This document shows, in pieces, positions 48,519-59,300 of a stretch of DNA of 64,000 nt. The notes under the pieces were generated by a model, which did no database searches, was not told the DNA's origin, and was given only the letters and a program-made list of their open reading frames with translations. The position numbers and the translations under genes were made by a program. How positions within the stretch are numbered: position 1 is the stretch's first letter; each line of letters begins with the position of its first letter. This DNA comes from Gemmatimonadota bacterium (GTDB lineage Bacteria; JBHIER01; G020348925). The stretch spans positions 4,355,688-4,419,687 of the forward strand of contig CP070758.1 of the NCBI GenBank assembly GCA_020348925.1, given 5' to 3'.

Positions 48519-49880
48519 CTACAGATTGTATTTCTTTACCTTATATCTCATCGTCCTCAAACTGATCCCCAACAGCTTTGCCGCTTTTGTCCGGTTTCCA
48601 TCCATTTTCTTGAGGGCATTCTGGATGATTGTTTTCTCGGCCACGTCCATCTGTTCATTATACGAGTCATTCGAATTATGCAAGGTAGCGGTCTCCCCGT
48701 TTTTCGTTGTGCCTGAAAAGATGTTGAACGGGAGATGTTCTTGTAATATTGTATCCCCTTCGCCCATGACCACGGCATTTTCGATTGCATGTTCCAGCTC
48801 ACGGACATTCCCGAACCATTCGTATCTCATGCAAATATCGATGACTTCTTTCGATATCTTCTTCGGTGGAATGTTGGTATCCTCTGAATACACATTTACA
48901 AAATGCTGGATCAAGAGAGGAATATCCGCACACCTGTCTCTGAGCGGTGGAAGGAAGATGGGAATAACATTGAGTCTGTAATACAGGTCCTCACGAAACG
49001 TTCCCTCTCTGAGTCCCTTCTCCAGATCCTTATGTGTGCTGGCGATGACTCTTACGTCTATGGGAATATCCTTTGTCCCGCCCAATCGGAGGATCGTTCG
49101 CTCCTCGAGGGCTCGCAAGAGTTTCGCCTGGACACCGGGTGGAATGTCCCCGATTTCATCGAGGAAGAGCGTCCCTCCATGAGCCACTTCAAACCTACCC
49201 ATCTTGGTTCGAAATGCTCCTGTGAATGCCCCTTTTTCATATCCGAAGAGTTCGCTTTCCAAGAGGTTTTCCGGGAGTGATGCACAGTCAATGGTCACCA
49301 GCTGTCTATCCTTACGTTGACTGTTAAAATGGATGGCCTTCGCGATGAGCTCCTTCCCTGTGCCGCTTTCTCCTCTGATGAGGACTGTCGAGTTGCTGGA
49401 CGAGACTTTGTTCACCTTCTTGAACACATCCTGCATCGGACCGCTATTTCCAATGATATTCTCAAAGCTGTACGCCTTTTGAACCTGGTCCCGGAGCATA
49501 ATGTTCTCCCGAAGCAGATCCTGTCGGTTCAAAGCATTCTTAATAATGATCAGCAGCTCGTCCACTTCTATCGGTTTTGTGACATAGTCATAGACCCCTT
49601 CCTTCATAGCATCGACTGCTGTCTTGACCGTTCCAAAAGCTGTTACGACAATGGTTGCTATTTCCGGGGAAATTCCCTTGATTTCTCTGTAAAGCTGCAG
49701 CCCATCGATCCCTGGTAGTTTTAAATCCGTGAGAAGCACATTATACTCATCCTGCCCGATTTCCTCCAGAGCCGTTTCCCCGTCGCTCACAGCCTGAACG
49801 GCATAACCCTCATCTCGTAAAATGTGAGCCAGACCTTCTAAGGCATTTTGATCGTCTTCCACTAACAATATCTTTGACAT
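48519..49880 (-). CDS. Sigma54-dependent response regulator (NtrC/AtoC family)
   Basis: REC domain, GESGTGKE, GAFTGA, FREDLYYRL, Fis-type HTH. Confidence 0.96.
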   Translation of the reverse strand: MSKILLVEDDQNALEGLAHILRDEGYAVQAVSDGETALEEIGQDEYNVLLTDLKLPGIDGLQLYREIKGISPEIATIVVTAFGTVKTAVDAMKEGVYDYVTKPIEVDELLIIIKNALNRQDLLRENIMLRDQVQKAYSFENIIGNSGPMQDVFKKVNKVSSSNSTVLIRGESGTGKELIAKAIHFNSQRKDRQLVTIDCASLPENLLESELFGYEKGAFTGAFRTKMGRFEVAHGGTLFLDEIGDIPPGVQAKLLRALEERTILRLGGTKDIPIDVRVIASTHKDLEKGLREGTFREDLYYRLNVIPIFLPPLRDRCADIPLLIQHFVNVYSEDTNIPPKKISKEVIDICMRYEWFGNVRELEHAIENAVVMGEGDTILQEHLPFNIFSGTTKNGETATLHNSNDSYNEQMDVAEKTIIQNALKKMDGNRTKAAKLLGISLRTMRYKVKKYNL

Positions 49881-49958
49881 TTTTTCACCCTCATGGTTAA
49901 TACTACTGCCGATATCATCTCGATCGGACAACGTTTGGATTGTGAGATATATGTACCA

Positions 49959-51752
49959 TTACGCTCTTTCCATAGGAAGCGTTACCGTGAAGATCGATCC
50001 GCGTCCTACTTCGCTGTCTACAAACAATGTTCCGCCGTGTTCTTCGACAATCTGTTGGGCGATGGCCAGTCCCAGCCCTGTGCCTCCTTTTTTGGTGGAA
50101 TAATAGAAGTCGAATATGGTCTCCCTCTCGTTCTTCGGTATTCCTACACCAGAATCTTTAAAGACGATCTCAACGCATCGTCTTTCCCTCGGTTCTTCGA
50201 CTCCATCCCCCATTGTGCGGTCGATCTCAGATCGAGTAAAGACCTTCAATTGACCACCGGTGGGCATTGCTTCAAAAGCATTTATAACTATATTCAAAAA
50301 AACCTGTTTCAATTGATCTCTGTCGACACGGCATGAATTCACATCGGAATGAAAATCCCGCAGGATACGCACGTTCTGCTTCCGAGCTCTCGATTCTTGC
50401 GAGAGAAGGACTTCCTCCAAAATACTCGTAACGTTGCACATAGAAAGTTTGAGCTCTCGCGGACGTGCAATAAGGAGAAAGTTCCTGACCAGAGTATTGA
50501 GCCGATCAATTTCGGATGCGACAATATTGAGATACTTTTCCTGTTTCTCTCGGCTCCCTCCCCCCTTTTTCTGAAGTTCTCTCTGCAAGATTTGCATGTT
50601 GATAGCCATGGAGTTGAGAGGATTCCGAATCTCATGAGATACAATTGAAGCAAACTTACTCAAGGTTGCCAGACGCTCTGCTCTTCGAAGCTTCTTCTGG
50701 TTCTCAAGCAGACTGATAGCCATGGCGTCGAATTCCTTGGCTAAAGCCCCCAATTCATCGTTGCTCTCAGTCTGAATCCTATGCTCCAATTTCCCTCGAG
50801 AAAAAAGGTGCGCTCCTGAGACAAGCGTGTTAATGGGGCGTGTCAATTTTCGAGTAAAGATAAGGGCTATGAGAGAAGCCATCAGTATGCTTCCCACAAT
50901 GAGAAACAACACGTCCATTCTCATTCTGGCGGCGAGAAAAAACGCTTCCTCAGTCGGCTGTTGGATAATAAACCCCCAGCCCAACATGGGAACCGGAGCG
51001 TAGGACCCGATGACTTCCTCCCCGTCGAAATCGATATATATCTGAGTGCCTTCTTGTCCTTCAAGAACATTCTTAACGACTTCGAGAACACCGAAATCTT
51101 CTTGAGCGTAAACCCGTCTCTTTTCAGCATGGGCGATCAAAATACCGTTGGCTCCCACAACATAAGCTCGGCCGCGCTGGCCCAGACCAATGCTGTCGAC
51201 CAAGGCCCACATGCTCTTCAAATTTACATCAGCCACAAGCACACCCACGACACTGTTAAATTTTAAAATGGGCTGCGAGACAGTAACTATGGGTAAACGA
51301 TCCTCGGAAACGAAAACCGGTGAGATGTATTCGTCCCCTTTCAGCGTGCTGATGAAAAAAGGATAGGTATCATATGCCTGATGGAATTGGGTGAAAGAGG
51401 TACTAACGACTTCGTTGCCCTCTCGATCGAGGACAAATAATTTTTCGAAGATATCGCTTCGCCGTTTGGCATTGTTGATAATGATGTCTTGATTCCATCG
51501 ATCCATACCGGTCATGCTGGGCACACTTGCCATCTCCCTCAGAATCCCCTGGGCATTTTGGACGTAAAGACCGATCTCATCGGCCGCTCTTTTTGCCAGC
51601 GTCAAGTTTCCCTCAGCCACCGAATTCTTAATCGACCTCTGGGCTGTGCCGATAAGAATCCAACCGACCACGAGTATAGGGACGGCGGCCAAAAAGATAT
51701 GAGATACTAACAAGCGAGTGATCAGTCTGTTTTGGAACGGAATTTTCTGCAT
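49959..51752 (-). CDS. Sensor histidine kinase (dCache + HAMP)
   Basis: Two TMs around a Cache domain, HAMP, HEIRNPLN, N box, DSGVG and GTGLGL motifs. Confidence 0.95.
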   Translation of the reverse strand: MQKIPFQNRLITRLLVSHIFLAAVPILVVGWILIGTAQRSIKNSVAEGNLTLAKRAADEIGLYVQNAQGILREMASVPSMTGMDRWNQDIIINNAKRRSDIFEKLFVLDREGNEVVSTSFTQFHQAYDTYPFFISTLKGDEYISPVFVSEDRLPIVTVSQPILKFNSVVGVLVADVNLKSMWALVDSIGLGQRGRAYVVGANGILIAHAEKRRVYAQEDFGVLEVVKNVLEGQEGTQIYIDFDGEEVIGSYAPVPMLGWGFIIQQPTEEAFFLAARMRMDVLFLIVGSILMASLIALIFTRKLTRPINTLVSGAHLFSRGKLEHRIQTESNDELGALAKEFDAMAISLLENQKKLRRAERLATLSKFASIVSHEIRNPLNSMAINMQILQRELQKKGGGSREKQEKYLNIVASEIDRLNTLVRNFLLIARPRELKLSMCNVTSILEEVLLSQESRARKQNVRILRDFHSDVNSCRVDRDQLKQVFLNIVINAFEAMPTGGQLKVFTRSEIDRTMGDGVEEPRERRCVEIVFKDSGVGIPKNERETIFDFYYSTKKGGTGLGLAIAQQIVEEHGGTLFVDSEVGRGSIFTVTLPMERA

Positions 51753-51778
51753 GGAAATCCCCGATGACTTTTTGCCTC

Positions 51779-53467
51779 TCAGTATTTTTGCGCTTCCTCA
51801 GGGACCCACCACTCAGGAAACGGTTTCAATCCACCATTCGGGTGGCGGATGTTTTGAAAGCGCGTGTCCACGGCAGTATAAAAGAGCCACCTGAAAAAGA
51901 GAAAAGTGCACGATTGATCCTGCGCGATGAGAAGCTGCATCCTCTGGAACATGGGTTCAAGTCGATTGCGATCACTCACTTCGTAAGCAAGGTTGATCAA
52001 TCTGTCGACCTCTCGGTTATAATAGTACATGACGTTGAGTCCTCGTCCTATGTTTGAGGAATGGAACAACCGGTCGAAATTTTCAACTTTGGCTTCCGAG
52101 GGAAAGCTCATGAGCGCGGCATCGTAATCGCCCTCTTTCATTAATCTCATCATCTCTTTATACTCAACTGGTTCAGGAATCACATCGACTCCGATCTCCT
52201 TCAGATCGAGTTTTACGATTCTGGCAATTCTTTCGAAAAGGCCAGAACCTCTGGCAAACATGAGGGTAAACCGAAACTCCTGGTCACCGTTCTCCAAAAC
52301 TCCATCCCTGTCAATGTCTGACCAACCTTCCTCATTCAGGAGTTCTAAAGCCTTTTTCGGATTAAAATGATATTTGGGAAGGTTCGGGTAATAAGCCCAT
52401 GAGTCTGAGTCTAAAGGACCATATGCGATGTTTCCCTTTCCTGAGAGGACTTCATCGATGATGCCAACCCGATTTATCGCATAGGTCAAGGCTGTCCGGG
52501 TTGCTCCTTTGGAAAAAAGCTTTTTCGAAACATTGTAACTGATGCATTCAAACACCTTCTGATTCGAAACAAGAGTAACGAGTCGTATCCGTGGATTCGA
52601 TCTCCAGACATCGCGAGCCGATGCTTCCTCTTCTATTCTGGCAAAATCAATTTCTCCGGTGACAAACGCAGCCTTGAGCAATTCCTCCGTGGCATGAAAT
52701 TGTATACTGAGACCATTGAGGTAAGGACGACCCCGGTAGTAGAAAGGATTGGCCCTTAAAACAATCTTTTCCCTGTCCTCCCATCGCGAGAAAATAAAAG
52801 GCCCGAGCCCGACAGGTGTTGAATGTAAAATGCTGTCACGCGTGGCCTCATAAGTCCCTGAATTGTAAATCTGACTGGGAAGAATTTGGAGTGTCGCAAG
52901 TTCAGGAAAGAATTTCTCATAAGGGCCTTGTAATTCAAATCGGACTCTCCGGTCTCCGTCTTCTATGACACGTTCGATTACGTCAAAATTTTTATTGTAA
53001 AAGTAATGAGAATCCGTTTTCACATTACGGTACAAATTGTAGGTGAAAACGACATCGCCACTTTCTAAGGGTACATTATTATGAAAAAGAATTCCCTCTC
53101 GGAGTTGAAACGTCCAGATCGACCTGTCCTGACTATATTCCCAGGATTCTGCCAATCCTGGAACAGCGGTCCCTTGACGATCCAGGCTTATGAGCCCTTC
53201 TCCGTATATGTAATCTGCAATCTCTTTTTCTTGATCAAGGGTGTAAAAAATAGGATTGAGGTTCTTCAATCCATTGCCTATTTCCCCGATAACGAGGGTA
53301 TCTCCGTAATTTGGAGAGCTTTCCTGACCAGAGAGAACTCCGCATGCTAGAATGCACCCCACTCCTCCAGCCATGAGGAGAGCGAATCGCACGAGCCGGC
53401 AAAGACCCCTTACCCCCCATTTCAACAAGACAAGGATCTTACGATATCGAGCACAATCATGCTGCAA
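51779..53467 (-). CDS. Family-5 (peptide/nickel) solute-binding protein (start uncertain, probably downstream)
   Basis: YGDTL, PGLAESWE, LREGILFH, PVGLGPF and RTALTYAINR motifs. Confidence 0.88.
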   Translation of the reverse strand: MQHDCARYRKILVLLKWGVRGLCRLVRFALLMAGGVGCILACGVLSGQESSPNYGDTLVIGEIGNGLKNLNPIFYTLDQEKEIADYIYGEGLISLDRQGTAVPGLAESWEYSQDRSIWTFQLREGILFHNNVPLESGDVVFTYNLYRNVKTDSHYFYNKNFDVIERVIEDGDRRVRFELQGPYEKFFPELATLQILPSQIYNSGTYEATRDSILHSTPVGLGPFIFSRWEDREKIVLRANPFYYRGRPYLNGLSIQFHATEELLKAAFVTGEIDFARIEEEASARDVWRSNPRIRLVTLVSNQKVFECISYNVSKKLFSKGATRTALTYAINRVGIIDEVLSGKGNIAYGPLDSDSWAYYPNLPKYHFNPKKALELLNEEGWSDIDRDGVLENGDQEFRFTLMFARGSGLFERIARIVKLDLKEIGVDVIPEPVEYKEMMRLMKEGDYDAALMSFPSEAKVENFDRLFHSSNIGRGLNVMYYYNREVDRLINLAYEVSDRNRLEPMFQRMQLLIAQDQSCTFLFFRWLFYTAVDTRFQNIRHPNGGLKPFPEWWVPEEAQKY

Positions 53468-53753
53468 CAGCTGCTACCCCCTCCCTTCAGCATTTGCAGT
53501 TACCACACACCCTCATCCGAATGATCAAGGGCTTTACTTACATTGTAACATCAATTTAGACAACGCTATTGTGATAAAGGTTTCTCTTTTTATCAAGGAA
53601 AAAATGGGTGATTTCACATAGCGGTGAACGGTCCAAGATGCAATATTTTTCACTCTTCTCTTTTTTGATTTGCATAGGTACATTTTTTTCTTATTATTGA
53701 GAGTATGGATTCCTATAAGATCGACATATTACCTTCATCTGCGAGACATTTTT

Positions 53754-55337
53754 ATGGAACTGTTCACCTTAATTGATATTCTTTGGATGATCTTCTTTTT
53801 AAGCCTCATGATCGGTTGTGGAGTACTCTTTTACCGCCTCGGCAGACGTTCCGAGTCCGATTTCTTCTTGGCCGGTCGTGGCTTACCCTGGTGGTTGCCA
53901 GCCGCCTCTGTATACGCTACCCACACGGCCACAGATACTCCCATGTGGGTTACGGGCGTGATTTACAGGTATGGTATGCGGGGGATCTGGTACACCTTTT
54001 TCTCCGCCTGGTGCGCCATCAGCGCCTTTGTCTCCACAAGGATTTTCCGACGATCCCTGGCCTACACTCAGGCTGAATGGCAGAGTCTCCGATTCGGAGG
54101 GTTGGGGAGTGAACTCCTCCGGGGTTGGATGGCGGGATGGCAGATCTTTATGAACATGTTTATTCTGGGATGGGTTGGCATGGCCATGGGGAAACTGTGC
54201 AACTACGCCTTCGGCTGGCCCTTGTGGATCGGCTTGATGGGATTTTCCTGTGCCTGTGCCGTCTACGTCTTAGCTGCGGGCTACTGGGGTGTGGTTGTGG
54301 CCGACTTTCAACAGGGTATCATTGCTTTAGCAGTCATCATTATTACCTCCGTCTGGGGAATCATCGCCGCCGGTGGCCCAGGGGCCATTGTTTCGAAGCT
54401 CGCTCTCATGGGGGAATCGTGGCGAGTCAATCCCTTCGCCTTCACCGGTATTTTTGGAGGAGAATTTCCCTTTGCCTGGTTCATCACAATGATGGTTATA
54501 TCCATTATTGGAGGGTTTGGCATGGGTACGAGCATTGACTGGTATGTGGAGGCACAACGCATCCAGTCGGCCAAGACCGTGCGTGACGCCTCCTACAGCA
54601 TCTGGGCGGGCACGGCTCTTGTTCTCGTTCGCAACTCCCTGTGGGCCGTGGCCATTCTCGGTTTCTATGTGATGTTTCCCAACATACCATCCCAGGCCGA
54701 GTACGAGCTTGGCTGGTTTCGAATCGGGTTTGAATATTTGCCTGTGGGCATGGTCGGTTTCTTTTTCGCCGCCGTGCTGGCCATTCACCTCTCAACAATC
54801 TCCACCCACCTCAACCTGGGGGCCATGTATGCCACCCGTGACATCTACCACCATTATATCAACCCCAGGGCATCGGAGAGGAGGCTCGTCTGGGTGGGCC
54901 GGATCTCCACGGCCATTCTGCTCCTGGGATCATTTGTCTATGGTCTGATGATGGAGGAGATCACGAAGTGGCTTATTTTTGCCCTGTGGATCATGGCCGC
55001 TGGGGTGTGGTTGCCCAATATCCTTCAGGTCATGTGGTGGCGGTTCAATGCCTGGGGTTATCTCTCTTCCTGGATTGCCAATTTAGGTCTGAGCTGGTTG
55101 GTGGTTTGGGTCTTACCCGCTTTCGGCCTCATCCCCGATCTGCCTGACTACCTCCAATTTTGGGCATTGATGGTACTTGGGGCTTTAATCTATGTGCCGG
55201 TTACGTTTCTGACTCCGCCTGAAAAGATGGACCGTCTCGTGAAGTACTACGTCATGTCCCGTCCTCTCGGATGGTGGGGGCCTGTGCGGAAGGAGGCAGA
55301 ATGGAGAGGATTACTGCATATGAAAGGAGAAGATTAA
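53754..55337 (+). CDS. Sodium:solute symporter family protein
   Basis: DFFLAGRGLPWW, ATHTATDTP, GVVVADFQQ, STISTHLN and WWRFNAWG motifs. Confidence 0.9.
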   Translation: MELFTLIDILWMIFFLSLMIGCGVLFYRLGRRSESDFFLAGRGLPWWLPAASVYATHTATDTPMWVTGVIYRYGMRGIWYTFFSAWCAISAFVSTRIFRRSLAYTQAEWQSLRFGGLGSELLRGWMAGWQIFMNMFILGWVGMAMGKLCNYAFGWPLWIGLMGFSCACAVYVLAAGYWGVVVADFQQGIIALAVIIITSVWGIIAAGGPGAIVSKLALMGESWRVNPFAFTGIFGGEFPFAWFITMMVISIIGGFGMGTSIDWYVEAQRIQSAKTVRDASYSIWAGTALVLVRNSLWAVAILGFYVMFPNIPSQAEYELGWFRIGFEYLPVGMVGFFFAAVLAIHLSTISTHLNLGAMYATRDIYHHYINPRASERRLVWVGRISTAILLLGSFVYGLMMEEITKWLIFALWIMAAGVWLPNILQVMWWRFNAWGYLSSWIANLGLSWLVVWVLPAFGLIPDLPDYLQFWALMVLGALIYVPVTFLTPPEKMDRLVKYYVMSRPLGWWGPVRKEAEWRGLLHMKGED

Positions 55338-55627
55338 TGGCCTGGATACGTCGTCACTGGACACCTGAAGAAGCCGACGAGTGGCAAAAGGAGGATTGGA
55401 TAGCCATCATTCTCTCGACATTCTCTTACATTGCTTTGACTATCGGTGTGGCGCTATCGCTTCTGATGCTCGCTGTCGGATTTATCGTTTTAATCCTGGG
55501 TATCGGATTGTCCGTACTTCTTTTTTTCGTTATCGATCCAAAATTGAAGGCTGTCTCCTCAGGATATGAAAAGAAACAAAAGGAATATTTGGAAGGTCTT
55601 GAACGTGTTCAGCGTTGGGAGGAGTAA
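55337..55627 (+). CDS. Small two-TM membrane protein (96 aa)
   Basis: TAATG coupling and AGGAG RBS; MAWIRRHWTPEEADEW...IDPKLKAVS. Confidence 0.75.
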   Translation: MAWIRRHWTPEEADEWQKEDWIAIILSTFSYIALTIGVALSLLMLAVGFIVLILGIGLSVLLFFVIDPKLKAVSSGYEKKQKEYLEGLERVQRWEE

Positions 55628-55628
55628 A

Positions 55629-55766
55629 ATGGACAAAGGGCTCACAGTCGTTATTGGCATGTCAATAGCATATGTTGCCTCACTTCTGGGCATGTTTCTG
55701 GCCTACATCTCATACAAAAAGCACAGAAAAAACGAAACGGATACTTCGGAAAAAGAGACACAATGA
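55629..55766 (+). CDS. Small single-TM protein (45 aa)
   Basis: GGAGGAG RBS; MDKGLTVVIGMSIAYVASLLGMFLAYISYKKHRK.. Confidence 0.65.
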   Translation: MDKGLTVVIGMSIAYVASLLGMFLAYISYKKHRKNETDTSEKETQ

Positions 55767-55918
55767 TACACTTATTCTTAGCGCAATCACAACGAATCGG
55801 TCATCCTGCCTTCGGTATCGTTATACCGGCTGTCATCTTTATTGTATCCTTCTTAGTGGCGTATTTTCTCTACCGACGATTTTCCAGAACAACCGAGAAA
55901 GACGACTCATCGGGTTGA
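55763..55918 (+). CDS. Small single-TM protein (51 aa; not in the ORF track)
   Basis: ATGA overlap; MIHLFLAQSQRIGHPAFGIVIPAVIFIVSFLVAYFLYRRFSRTTEKDDSSG. Confidence 0.65.
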   Translation: MIHLFLAQSQRIGHPAFGIVIPAVIFIVSFLVAYFLYRRFSRTTEKDDSSG

Positions 55919-56058
55919 GCTCTCCAAAACCTTCTATCCCATCTGCACAACGCATGTATCTTGCGAAAGCCTGAAAGTCACTAATCCTCTTTCTCCAACT
56001 TTGCATTGAGAACAGAATCTCATGCTGCGAGACTGTGGGGATAACCGCAACGAAGGCA

Positions 56059-56087
56059 TTGACACGTTCATCGACTGACTTTATATT
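56059..56087 (+). promoter_or_regulatory. Near-consensus sigma70 promoter
   Basis: TTGACA-17 bp-TATATT, about 270 bp upstream of the 56357 start. Confidence 0.6.
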
Positions 56088-56356
56088 GGAATAAAAATAT
56101 TTACCTTCGCAGCTTTGTCAGACTTCTTGGTCAGAACATAGGGGATTGGTTTATGCGGACTAAGGCAACTCCGGAGATTGGGAGTGATGTAATGACGAGA
56201 GATTACGAAGCTCTCTTGTTTACCCCTGAGGGTAAGTAAGGGAGTTAATTATTTGGATTTTAATATTAAAGAAACCTCAAAGTAAAAAATTTATAAGGGA
56301 ATCGTTCGAATCAGAGGGATGAATGAAATTACATAAACCGAAAGGAGGAAAAGCGA

Positions 56357-59300
56357 ATGAGAGCGCAACGGTACTGCCGTGTCATGTTGGGTGGATGTAT
56401 AATCTGTTTGATTCTTGCCACCCATCTTGTTCATGCGACGGTGGTGCAGCTCACTCTTAATGAGCGCATCACTCAAGCAAGTACGATATTGAAGGGTGCG
56501 GTGAAAGGTTCACATTCCTATTGGAAGGACGGAATCATTTACACCGACGTTACTCTTCGAGTGGATCGGTACCTCAAGGGTGAAAGCAACGGCGAGAACT
56601 TTATTCTGACCCTACCGGGAGGTCAGGTGGGCGGTATATGTCTGTCGGTTTCTGACGTACCGTACTTTTTGGAGGGTGAAGAAGTCATCCTTTTCCTCCA
56701 GAAGGGCACTCTTATTCCTCTGGTAGGGTGCTTCCAGGGGAAACTCTCCCTTCATGAGCAGGCCTTAGTCGGTCTGGACATGAGGGTGATCGAACTCCAA
56801 AATAAAATAAACCGCCTTTCCGGATATCCGGAGGATTTTGCCGGCCTCACTCCCCGGGGAAAACCACTGTTTGTCACTGAGGATGTCCTCTCCCCGCCTA
56901 TTGTCAAACCTCAAAAGAGGGGCCCCGGTGCCCTGCAACCCGGTATTACGGGTATTACCCCCAGCGTGGCCTCATCGGGCACCAATACCCAGGTGGTCAT
57001 AAGCGGATCAGGCTTTGGCACAAATACCGGCCAGGCAAAGGTTGAATTTTACCACGGTCAGCCCGGGCTCCAGACGTATATTCAGGCCCAGATCATATCC
57101 TGGACGAGTACAAGTATCACCTGTGTCGTTCCCTCGGTTTTGCAGGGTTTCAACATTAACTGTGCATCCAGCGGAAATGTTGTCGTGACCGACAATACCG
57201 GCGTCCAATCCCCAGGATTCATGTATACCATAACCTTCGGATATATGGGTGGGCAGTGGTCTGGTACTGCTCCCAATGTCGGATTTTTCATCAACGAAAA
57301 CACCTCAGATTGCACTGGGGAAGGGCAGGCCATACAAAATGCCATGGCCACGTGGACGAACTGTGGATCGAGCCTGAGTTTCTCCTATTCCGGTACAAGC
57401 ACATCTACTGCAGCAGCCCAGGATGGCACAAACCTGATGTGCTGGGTTACGGGCACCGGTGCCGTTGCCTTGTGCTATCATTTCTTCAATCTCAACAACT
57501 GGCCGAACGCGACAATGCCTGAGGTCGATATTGTCTTCGATGATGGTTTCACCTGGACGATCGCCTCGACCTCCCCACCACTGAACACGTATGATGTTGA
57601 GAGCGTCGCCCTCCATGAATTGGGACATGCTCTGGGATTGGACGACGATTGGACGGTGGTCGCAGGGGTTCCGAAAGTCTTGTATGCCTGGGGAACCCAA
57701 CAGCAAATTCGGCGTACCCTTCACGCCTACGATATCAATGGAGCCCAGTGGATATATCCGGTGACGGGTGGGCAGATTACGGTCAACACAACTGCCTCGA
57801 CCGGGACGGGATCTCTGGACTGGGCCATCACACAGGCAGAGGCCAATCCAGGACCGGACAACATCGTCTTTGCCATCCCGGGGTCTGGCCCCCATACGAT
57901 CCAGGCCCCGTCGGGGGGCTTCCCGCCACTCATAGATGCCGGGACAACCATTGACGGCTTTACCCAGCCAAACGCCTCACCCAACAACAATCCCTGGGGG
58001 CAGCCATCCAATGCTGCGTTGACGATCGAGATCGATGGCACGCCCATGAACGGGGGGATCGGTTTTCAGATCATAGGGAGCAATATTACCCTCCGCGGTC
58101 TGGCCATCAACAATTTCTACCATCCAGTGACACAATTTGGATGGGGCGTTTTCATGAACGGTGCCTCAAATTGTCAGATCTGCGGCTGCCACATCGGAAC
58201 CAATATAACAGCAACAGCGCCTGCACCGAACGGTCTGGGCGTCTATATTAGCGAATACGCCCGGCTCAATACTATCGGAGGAACAACTCCGGGTGATTTG
58301 TGTATCATTTCCGGGAACGGCAGGGACGGAATATACATGGAATTGACCAGCCAAAACAGCATCTCAAACTGTTTCATTGGTACGGATTTCACCGGTGCAG
58401 GACCACTTGGCAACGGCCAAAACGGTCTTTCCCTGGCCTGGGCTGCTAACACCAACACTATCGGTCCCAACAACATAATCGCTTTCAACGGAGGAGACGG
58501 CATCAGAAATGACGACCAGGGAAGTCTCGGAACAGTATCCAACATGTTCACCCAGAATTCCATTCATACCAACACGGGGCTTGGTATCAGCAACATAAAC
58601 GGCGGTAACGGTGCGATTGTGGCGCCCACGATCACGACCGTTGCAGGTACGTCGGTCAGCGGCACGACTGTTCCTAACGCCACAGTGGAGATTTTTACAG
58701 ACCCTGTGGATGAGGGCCAGTGGTATCACGGCACCACGGTATCCGATGGGTCGGGGAATTTTACCTGGGCCGGTGCGCTCTCCGGACCTTTTGTAACGGC
58801 CACGGTGACAGACGGGGCAGGCAACACCTCCAACTTCTCCGCTCCGATGAGTAGCGGTGCTGTTCAGATAACGGTCACCACCTCACCCCACGGCTTGGGT
58901 ATAACAGTGGACGGGACACCCTATAGTGCGCCGCAAACCTTCTGGTGGACCTCAGGATCATCTCACTCCATTGGCGTCACGTCGCCTCAACCGGGTGGGA
59001 CAGGAATCCAATACGTCTACAGTAGCTGGAGTAACGGTGGCGCCCAAACCCAGAGCATCACGGTCCCCTCCAGTCCCACGACCTACACGGCCAATTTCTC
59101 CACTCAGTATCAGTTAACCGCCTCCGTCTTTCCGACTGCGACTCCCCCCTGCGGATCGATCACGGCCAATCCGCCCGGACCCTGGTACTCCCCAGGCACG
59201 GTCGTAACACTCACGGCACACCCGGATGTAACAAATTATCCTGGGGTGTATTTGGCTTACTGGAGTGGTGGTGCTGGTGGGACGACCAATCCGACCACTG

